From IMG/VR virus record IMGVR_UViG_3300032247_000728, positions 1 to 44,777 of that record: DNA of 44,777 bases; one strand, given 5' to 3'. The stretch's first letter is position 1; every line of letters begins with the position of its first letter. Source of the stretch: a virus. Lineage: Duplodnaviria; Caudoviricetes. Both the position numbers and the translations under genes were made by a program. Of this stretch, positions 1 to 6,639 are shown piece by piece. The notes beneath the pieces were generated by a model that was given only the letters and a program-made list of their open reading frames with translations, did not search any database and was not told the origin of the DNA.

Positions 1-123
1 AAACGACGATGTCGCCTTCTTTCGTGACTTTTGCCCACAGCAGGAACCAGTTTCTGGCTCCAGCAGGGTCGCACGAAAAGAATATAGTACCTTCTTTCGG
101 GATGTTTTCGTTTTTGATGATGT
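1..123. repeat. Terminal direct repeat, copy 1 (assembly circularisation overlap)
   Basis: Base-for-base identical to 44655-44777; falls inside the terL coding sequence. Confidence 0.97.
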
Positions 124-1078
124 GTGCTTCGCTAAACATTGGGAATTGTGACCCGACGAGTGCTTGTGCCCATCCGTATGCTCTGATTTTCTTTTCATAG
201 TCTGTTTTTGATTCAAGTTGCTTGACCATTTGGTCAAAAGGTGAATATACATTAAATTTTGAGTGAAACCAAATCACTCCACCAGTTCTATTTCTGGCAT
301 TTGCTGTATATGGCATATGCCCCTTTGGGCACCCAGGTACATGGATAATATTTTGAGGAAGTATGTCGGCTTTTTTAGTTTTTGTGATAGCACATCCACT
401 AATATACTCTTTTACTACCTGCGAAAATCCATTGATTGGAGTAAATGTAACTAATAACTTACCTCTTCGTGTCAATATGCGATAACGCAAGGTTTGCACC
501 CAGTCAAGTGGTACTAATTCGTCGCACCAAATAAAATCTGGCTCTCCACCTTCAATAACTACCTTATCTTGTGAGTAGTTCATGAAAATACATTGACTTC
601 CATTAGGCAAAACAAAAGAATTGTTAGAAAACCCGTTTTTTAGAGAGTATTGTATGTTTGTTATTCTGCCTTTTTTTGTATTTTTAAGTTCTGCAGGGAT
701 ATATTTCCACAAAACATTCTGTTGCATCTGAATTGATGACATAGATGTTGTGTGAATGCACCAAACAATGGCTCCCGGCTTATTGACTAATGTAAATATT
801 GCTCGCTTGGCTGCATATTCTGTTTTACCTGCACGGTTTCCACCAAGAATTAGCAGTTCATCTTTATCTTTTAAAATTTCGTCAGCATCTTTCCAATGGA
901 ATGGCTCGTATCCGTGACGATACGGGTCTTCTTTTTCTGCTTTTATTTTATCTTCACGCAATTGAATCAATTCTGTAACCTGTTCGACACCTTTTTCTTT
1001 AATTAAATTACGTAATTGTTCTTCCGTTGGCTTTATCAACAACGGATGGTCGCTCATTTTTTGTAATATTTCGTTCAT
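1..1078 (-). CDS. terL: Terminase large subunit, N-terminal part (continues across the circular junction into 44654..44116; 538 aa in total)
   Basis: Not in the ORF track. My translation from ATG at 1078 gives MNEILQKMSDHP..., Walker A GGNRAGKT, Walker B FIWCDE and the coupling motif TFTP; 1078+539 nt = 539 codons in frame. Confidence 0.93.
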   Translation of the reverse strand, partial: MNEILQKMSDHPLLIKPTEEQLRNLIKEKGVEQVTELIQLREDKIKAEKEDPYRHGYEPFHWKDADEILKDKDELLILGGNRAGKTEYAAKRAIFTLVNKPGAIVWCIHTTSMSSIQMQQNVLWKYIPAELKNTKKGRITNIQYSLKNGFSNNSFVLPNGSQCIFMNYSQDKVVIEGGEPDFIWCDELVPLDWVQTLRYRILTRRGKLLVTFTPINGFSQVVKEYISGCAITKTKKADILPQNIIHVPGCPKGHMPYTANARNRTGGVIWFHSKFNVYSPFDQMVKQLESKTDYEKKIRAYGWAQALVGSQFPMFSEAHIIKNENIPKEGTIFFSCDPAGARNWFLLWAKVTKEGDIVV

Positions 1079-2148
1079 CAATAAATTTGTTCTCCCGTAT
1101 AAGTTGGGTCAAATCCTGATCTCATTAATGCTTTTGCTTTATCATATTCAATTTCGTTTCTTGTTCTTACATCTATATTACCTTCACTGTCTCCAGTAAG
1201 CTCACCACCTTGTAAAGTTCTTCCAGCCATTCCAAGCTCTCCTGCAGCACCAACAAGACCAAGTAAAAAACTACCTGCTTTTCCAAGTGCACCAATTTTA
1301 GGTCCCATTCCTCTATATTTATTTGGTACAAGCCCAATTGGTATTTTGGTTTCTGGGTTTGGAATAAATTCTCCTGCAGTAAGACCCCTTCTTTGCATTT
1401 CTCTACCCCAAATAGTTAATCCGTCATAAACATTACCGGTTAATCTTTTTACACCAGCTTGCATTTCAGGTGAATCTGCAATTTTTAATCTATCTAATAA
1501 TGGCTTGATTTGTGCCTCTGTTGCACCATATTTTCTTAAGTTTGCAATTTGTGCCTCCATGTCTAATTTTTGAATTTCAGCGACTGAAAGTTGTCCTGCA
1601 CCACCCTCAATTAACGATGCTAAATTATGCATTCCAGGGTCTTCACTTCTGATTGATGCTATTGCTTTTTGTCTTGCAGTCAATCCTTCAACATTTTCTT
1701 CAATTCTTTTAATACGGTCAATCTGTTCTTTTGTAATTCCAGAATAATCATCTAATCTAAATTGTGCTCTTTGTTGACTTGGGGTAAGAGGGGATAACGG
1801 GTCTACTTCCGGGTATTGGTATTTTAGTCTTCTTTGAATCCAGTAATTAGGGTCTTGTTCTGAAATCATTCTTGCATGAACATCAACTTGAGAGTATGGT
1901 GGAAACCCGGCTTCAACACCACCTTGAAGTGCCGCCGTGTTATCATATTTTAACGCTGCGTCATAAACACCCCTTCCTCCGTGACCAATTCTATAAGCAG
2001 GGTCTAAAAATCTTGAACTAAATTTTTTTTCTTCTCCTGGCCATAGATTAGCGTCGTAGTGGTCAACTGCTCTTTTTGCATTTAATATTCTTGCATCAAG
2101 CCATGCGTTGAATTGAACATTAGCATCTATTTGGTCATATTGTCCCAT
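1078..2148 (-). CDS. Hypothetical protein, paralog of 2151..3227; possible virion-internal or ejected protein
   Basis: 356-aa ORF; Gly-rich hydrophobic C-terminal helix GSFLLGLVGAAGELGMAG; TGATG overlap with the terL start. Confidence 0.8.
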   Translation of the reverse strand: MGQYDQIDANVQFNAWLDARILNAKRAVDHYDANLWPGEEKKFSSRFLDPAYRIGHGGRGVYDAALKYDNTAALQGGVEAGFPPYSQVDVHARMISEQDPNYWIQRRLKYQYPEVDPLSPLTPSQQRAQFRLDDYSGITKEQIDRIKRIEENVEGLTARQKAIASIRSEDPGMHNLASLIEGGAGQLSVAEIQKLDMEAQIANLRKYGATEAQIKPLLDRLKIADSPEMQAGVKRLTGNVYDGLTIWGREMQRRGLTAGEFIPNPETKIPIGLVPNKYRGMGPKIGALGKAGSFLLGLVGAAGELGMAGRTLQGGELTGDSEGNIDVRTRNEIEYDKAKALMRSGFDPTYTGEQIY

Positions 2149-2150
2149 AA

Positions 2151-3227
2151 TTATATTGAAATGCTCCCATCTTCATTCATTATTACTCCTTCTTGAAATA
2201 ACTTTTTCATTCTTTCATCTGGTGAAGGACCAAGTTCACTTGGTAAATAAACATCAACTTGTCCGTCTTTTTCTTCCAGACGTCCTCCCATAAGAGCTCT
2301 TGAAGCCATTCCAATTTCTCCTGCAAAACCAGCAAGACCAAGAAGAAATCCACCAACATTAGGAAATTTTGGTGGTGTTCTTGGTGGAGTTCCTGGTGTA
2401 AATCTTTCTGCTGTTAAACCATGTTTTCTTGTTACTTTACCCCATTGGTCAAGTAAATCTATTGTTGTTTGTCTTCTTTGTTTCATTACATCTGGATCTG
2501 GAATAAAAAGTGACTGGTTTGAATCTACTCCATATATTCTTACAAATTTTTCTGGTGTCAGACCTTTTGCGTCAAGTGAATCTCCTAGGCCTGGATTTTC
2601 TTTAATATATCTCTTAAGGTTTGCTAAATAAATTGAATTTCGTTCATCTCCCCAATTTGCAATTGCACCCAATCTTTGTTGCCCTCCAAGCAGTTCTAAT
2701 CTAGATGCTAGTTGGTGTGCACTTGCATTTTCCATTCTAAACTCTTGAATTGCTTTTTGTCTTTCAATAAATGCATATGCTTCTTGAGACATTCTTGCTT
2801 TATGGTTTAAGTCTGAATCTGATGTTGCAGGAAATGATTGAGCGTCTGTGTAATGAAGTTGTCTAATTTGTTCTGGTGTCATGTCCCTATACAGTTCCAT
2901 CGCCCTTAACCATTGTTGATGCCTAAGTTCAGGTTCTTGGTCTGGTGATAAATTTATATATTTAGGAACTTGGCTTTTTCTAAAAAATTTCATCATTGTT
3001 GGGTCAACATTTGCTTCACCGCTTGATGAAAGTCCTCCATTATTTCCATTTGGTCCCCAATGAATATATCTTTTTGGTGCACCAGATAATGTATCTAGTT
3101 CAATATCAAATGATGGTGGGTGCAACAGCCCCATTTTATCTTGCTGTGGAGCAAAATGTTTAGCGGTGTTAATACCGGATTGTTCAAATCCGATTAACTG
3201 CATTTCTGGGTCGTCAAATAATCCCAT
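2151..3227 (-). CDS. Hypothetical protein, paralog of 1078..2148
   Basis: Long ORF with likely ATG at 3227 (MGLFDD); shares RQKAI, WG...GLTA.F.P and FLLGL.G.AGE.GMA.R.L.GG blocks with its neighbour. Confidence 0.8.
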   Translation of the reverse strand: MGLFDDPEMQLIGFEQSGINTAKHFAPQQDKMGLLHPPSFDIELDTLSGAPKRYIHWGPNGNNGGLSSSGEANVDPTMMKFFRKSQVPKYINLSPDQEPELRHQQWLRAMELYRDMTPEQIRQLHYTDAQSFPATSDSDLNHKARMSQEAYAFIERQKAIQEFRMENASAHQLASRLELLGGQQRLGAIANWGDERNSIYLANLKRYIKENPGLGDSLDAKGLTPEKFVRIYGVDSNQSLFIPDPDVMKQRRQTTIDLLDQWGKVTRKHGLTAERFTPGTPPRTPPKFPNVGGFLLGLAGFAGEIGMASRALMGGRLEEKDGQVDVYLPSELGPSPDERMKKLFQEGVIMNEDGSISI

Positions 3228-3229
3228 AA

Positions 3230-3337
3230 TTATAGCCAAGTACTGGAGTCGTCTCCATTAACATAATATTCGTCGCCCGTTTCATCATCTTCATCAACAG
3301 GGTAGTCGACGGAAATAAATTTCTTGGGGACGAACAT
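3230..3337 (-). CDS. Small acidic peptide, 35 aa (MFVPKKFISVDYPVDEDDETGDEYYVNGDDSSTWL)
   Basis: Translated by hand; fills the gap between flanking genes with 2-nt spacers on each side. Confidence 0.6.
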   Translation of the reverse strand: MFVPKKFISVDYPVDEDDETGDEYYVNGDDSSTWL

Positions 3338-3339
3338 GA

Positions 3340-3531
3340 TCACATTCCGCCACCCAATGGATTGCCTTTATAATTTTGTCCAGGTGCTGGTCCGCTTGGA
3401 TTTGCTTGTTCCATCATTTGTTGAAACATTGCTAATTTTTGCATAGCAGCTTGTTTAGCAGGTTTAATTGAACCTTTTTTAGACATTTTATTGGATTTAA
3501 ATTTCTTTTTCATTCGATTGCCTTTATACAC
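3340..3531 (-). CDS. Small Lys/Met-rich basic protein
   Basis: ORF track; tightly packed in the operon; start may be the ATG at 3513. Confidence 0.6.
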   Translation of the reverse strand: MYKGNRMKKKFKSNKMSKKGSIKPAKQAAMQKLAMFQQMMEQANPSGPAPGQNYKGNPLGGGM

Positions 3532-3533
3532 AA

Positions 3534-3833
3534 CTAATGTCGATTGTCAACAATTTCCTTCGCTCCTCTTGCTGACATTTTCGCTGAAGATGTTAGCAAC
3601 GATTTGATTTTGACAGTTGAGGTGTCGTTCGAAAATACAAAAACAGCTCCTTTTTCTCCGGGAATCTTCAAATATAGCACCCCATCAATGCCATAATGCT
3701 TTACGACATCGGAAAAATGTAAAAATGCTGCCTCAACCTGCTCGCAAGTGTGTGCCCATTTAGCACTTTCAAGTTTTTTCTTACGCATGAATCTTTCCTC
3801 GTCCGTCAGTTTTAAAAATTGACACCCATCCAT
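3534..3833 (-). CDS. Hypothetical protein
   Basis: ORF track; true start is probably the ATG at 3788 (MRKKK), overlapping the end of the upstream gene. Confidence 0.6.
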   Translation of the reverse strand: MDGCQFLKLTDEERFMRKKKLESAKWAHTCEQVEAAFLHFSDVVKHYGIDGVLYLKIPGEKGAVFVFSNDTSTVKIKSLLTSSAKMSARGAKEIVDNRH

Positions 3834-4200
3834 CCTTTTTTAATACCACAGGGATTACAGAATTCTTTCTAAGGTTCGTAGAATCCTTAACTTTGACAAT
3901 TTGCAACGAATTCCAGCCCTCAATATTGCAAGCCACAATTCTTTTATTGACAAATTTCTGCTGAACCATCGCAGTTAACTTTTTTTCCTCAAATTCTTCT
4001 TGCTTTTTCAAATCTTTATACCCCATAAGGCGGTCATACCCTGACTTAGTCCACCAAACTGCCTTACGACCGGCTTTAGACTCAACTAAAACCCAATCCT
4101 CGTTTTCTTTGAAGTCTCCAGATGCTCGCATTTTAATTAATCTCGCTTTGGTGTACACATCATCAGCAGAAATTAAGTCATTTTCTTTTATAAAACTCAT
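3781..4200 (-). CDS. Hypothetical protein, first gene of the late operon
   Basis: ORF 3781..4296; ATG at 4200 (MSFIKEN) preferred because the GTG at 4296 lies inside the origin-like repeat. Confidence 0.65.
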   Translation of the reverse strand: MSFIKENDLISADDVYTKARLIKMRASGDFKENEDWVLVESKAGRKAVWWTKSGYDRLMGYKDLKKQEEFEEKKLTAMVQQKFVNKRIVACNIEGWNSLQIVKVKDSTNLRKNSVIPVVLKKDGWVSIFKTDGRGKIHA

Positions 4201-4274
4201 AGATGTACACCATACACAACTGCCACGCTCAGTCAATAAGAATATACCCCCATCAGAAATCTGTTGCCACCCTT

Positions 4275-4375
4275 TACTATAACCTATTATTATCACCTAT
4301 TACTATATGTGCCAGAAAACTGGCGGGGGGGGCGCCAGAAAACTGGCGGGGTACCCTCTAAAAACTAGCGGGGGT
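4275..4375 (-). promoter_or_regulatory. Inverted second copy of the iteron plus AT-rich origin-like cassette
   Basis: GCCAGAAAACTGGCG at 4311, CGCCAGAAAACTGGCG at 4333, a degenerate copy at about 4355-4370; the adjacent AT-rich tract, reverse-complemented, resembles 12831-12856. Confidence 0.75.
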
Positions 4376-4532
4376 ATGTCCTTTTTGTAAAAAAATTTTC
4401 CATGTGTGAATCCACCCGATCCTGGACCGGGAATCGTTAGTCGTTCCCCCCCCACCCCCCTGCTTTTCTGTTACGATCACGTTACAGGAGTGTTACAATG
4501 AGCTTTTTTACACTTCTTTTACAATTTTAGGG

Positions 4533-4560
4533 TTGAGAAAAGGCAAAGGTCTGATTTACT
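4533..4560 (+). promoter_or_regulatory. Putative sigma70-type early promoter
   Basis: TTGAGA-16-TTTACT with TG extension and a T-rich upstream tract; shares GGTCTGA with the 8333-8360 promoter. Confidence 0.45.
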
Positions 4561-4703
4561 TATAAACATAGGGTTTGACCCCTGCTCTTTGAAGTCTAAT
4601 AAATCTCACGACCTTCCCCTCTAACCTAACCAATGGGGAAACCAGTGAAAAGTCAGCCAACGCTGATTTAGACCGAAAAAGTAAGATCCAACCCTATATC
4701 CGT

Positions 4704-5036
4704 ATGACCGATAAAGAAAAGAAAGCCCAAGCCCTCGCAGACCTGCTCGCCCAAGCGTCTGCCCTCGTAATCCCCGAAGTCAACCAAACCGCAATCCAAG
4801 CAGTCGAGCCAGTCCTCGACTTGGGTGGTGCTGTTGCCTTCCCTCTGTGCGTAAAGAAGAATTGTGGCACAGTCGGTTACGCAATTGTGTCAGTCGCTGA
4901 CTTTCGCTCGAAAGTCCAGTCCGCTGGCATTATTGTGTGGGTCGGTGACAAGACTCGTGAGCAAGTCGAGGCGGAAGTCGAGAAGTACGGGGCAGTCGTA
5001 CCTGCCTCTGATACTCGAACCGCCAAGCAAGAGTAA
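4704..5036 (+). CDS. Hypothetical protein, isolated high-GC gene
   Basis: 110-aa ORF with its own putative promoter and downstream hairpin; codon usage differs from neighbours. Confidence 0.75.
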   Translation: MTDKEKKAQALADLLAQASALVIPEVNQTAIQAVEPVLDLGGAVAFPLCVKKNCGTVGYAIVSVADFRSKVQSAGIIVWVGDKTREQVEAEVEKYGAVVPASDTRTAKQE

Positions 5037-5053
5037 GTAACCAGTCAGTCGCC

Positions 5054-5085
5054 AAGCCACTCTCCGAGGAATCGGGGGGTGGCTT
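5054..5085 (+). terminator. Stem-loop, probable terminator
   Basis: AAGCCACTCTCCGA-GGAA-TCGGGGGGTGGCTT; G-U pairs work on the + strand; U tail is weak. Confidence 0.6.
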
Positions 5086-5095
5086 CTTGCGTCCG

Positions 5096-5125
5096 TGATA
5101 GTGACCAACTTGTTGGTCACTATCA
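5096..5125. repeat. Perfect 14-bp inverted repeat
   Basis: TGATAGTGACCAAC-TT-GTTGGTCACTATCA. Confidence 0.9.
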
Positions 5126-5409
5126 TTCCTTTCTTTATGCGTTTGCTCGAAATGGGGTCAATCGCAGACTAATCGCACTAAAAGCCCCGGAAGTAATCGC
5201 AGATTGCTACCAATTCACAGCATACACACATACCCCACACCCAACGAGGATGCTCTTTTTAATCGTTTCCTCGTTTCCTGTGTTTGATCTCATTTCACGT
5301 TTCCTCAATAAATACGCATACATTGTAAACCTGGATCGCAAGGATTCCGGAACTACACCTTTTGCATTATTACTTTTTTAATTTGATTCCTTACGGAATG
5401 AGTATGCAC

Positions 5410-5446
5410 AAAAAAAACCCCCACAAGTTATGCACCTGTGGGAGTT
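5410..5446 (-). terminator. Rho-independent terminator after the glutamine amidotransferase gene
   Basis: Minus strand AACTCCCACA...TGTGGGGGTT, ending in a run of 8 T. Confidence 0.8.
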
Positions 5447-5475
5447 GTATAGTTAGCTCGTTATGCGAGTTTACA

Positions 5476-6564
5476 TCAGTATGGATTTACTCCTTTATCC
5501 TTGTACGGACGCACTTTCTTCTTTGCGTTGCGTTTGTAGTTTTCTGCCATTTCACGTTTGTGAGTTTCGTATGCTATGGATTCAGCGGAGGGAACAGACA
5601 ATGGGAGTTGACCCTGTTTAGGAGTTTCCTGTGCCTTGCTCGCTTCCTTCGAATAGTAGTCATAATCGTAATCGTCCCAAGCTCGTGACTGGTACTTTTC
5701 TGTGTATCCTGTCGCACCTGCTGATCCGAGACTTCCATACACAGATGCTTGGCTTATATACGGAGATGTCGCAGAAAACTCTGGGAAGATGGTTGATGTG
5801 ATTTCACCATTGTGGAGGAATGTATGCATACACCATTCTTCGAGCATAAGAGGTTCGGTGTATACGGCATTTTTCAAGTTATAGAAGCCATTTATCAAGT
5901 CTGCGAGTTTCGAACAATGTGTCGAATCTGTGCATACGATGAATGTTCCTAATGCTTTGATATATGTGATATACAAGGGTGCTTTGTTGTCTCGCAATAC
6001 GAACAATTCTCGGTTCGGGTTGAAACCTACGATTGCTGCGTATCCACTTATATTGTCTTTGAATGATTGCTCGCCATTCAAGTACATAAAGCAATTAAGC
6101 AAATGCTCGGAATCGCAGGTTGTTTGTAATGGGAGATTTTCACCTTTCCAAGCGACAACACCATTGTGTGCAATCCACCATTCTTTGTCATCTATGTTTC
6201 CTCGGAATGGGTGAGTGTTAGCAATAACTTTGTCACAAGTTGCGGTGCGTCCGTGAGCAATAAATGAACCTTTTATTGAACCTTTGCTCGGAAACTCGCC
6301 ATAAGAGTCAAAGTCGACTCCTTGCTTAATTTTGGTTTTAAGCATACTCGGAAGTAGCTCACGAGATGCTTTCATCGTTCCCATACCTTTGACAGAATCG
6401 GGAGATAAAAAGCGTTCGGAGTAAACTCCGCCTTGGTGATTTAGAGCATACCCGAAACCATCTTTTTGAGAGAGTCCGAGTAACTCTGCGGATTTAGCGA
6501 CAAGTTGCGATGCTTGTGCGGTATTTTTAAGAGTTAAACCTGTAATAGCAATTAACTTACACAT
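5476..6564 (-). CDS. Class II (Ntn) glutamine amidotransferase
   Basis: N-terminal MC nucleophile; DGFG, HGRTAT, NTHPF, AHNGVV and CDSE motifs. Confidence 0.92.
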   Translation of the reverse strand: MCKLIAITGLTLKNTAQASQLVAKSAELLGLSQKDGFGYALNHQGGVYSERFLSPDSVKGMGTMKASRELLPSMLKTKIKQGVDFDSYGEFPSKGSIKGSFIAHGRTATCDKVIANTHPFRGNIDDKEWWIAHNGVVAWKGENLPLQTTCDSEHLLNCFMYLNGEQSFKDNISGYAAIVGFNPNRELFVLRDNKAPLYITYIKALGTFIVCTDSTHCSKLADLINGFYNLKNAVYTEPLMLEEWCMHTFLHNGEITSTIFPEFSATSPYISQASVYGSLGSAGATGYTEKYQSRAWDDYDYDYYSKEASKAQETPKQGQLPLSVPSAESIAYETHKREMAENYKRNAKKKVRPYKDKGVNPY

Positions 6565-6603
6565 AATGTTTTAGTAGATAAGAAGTTTATAAGGAAGATT
6601 GTA

Positions 6604-6630
6604 GCACGAGCGGTGTTGATCCGCTCGTGC
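6604..6630. other. Intergenic hairpin between amidoligase and amidotransferase
   Basis: GCACGAGCGG-TGTTGAT-CCGCTCGTGC, perfect 10-bp stem with no U tail. Confidence 0.75.
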
Positions 6631-6639
6631 CACGAGTAA

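Noticed and set aside
1-123. 123-bp repeat as a biological terminal repeat
   Set aside because: It lies in the middle of terL and is exact, as expected for an assembler overlap on a circular contig
4590-4680. Hammerhead ribozyme in the leader
   Set aside because: CTGA and GAAA are present, but the CUGAnGA core and stem arrangement do not fit
5079-5688. Plus-strand ORFs 5079..5381 and 5362..5688
   Set aside because: They run through palindromes, a terminator and the antisense of the amidotransferase; composition is not protein-like
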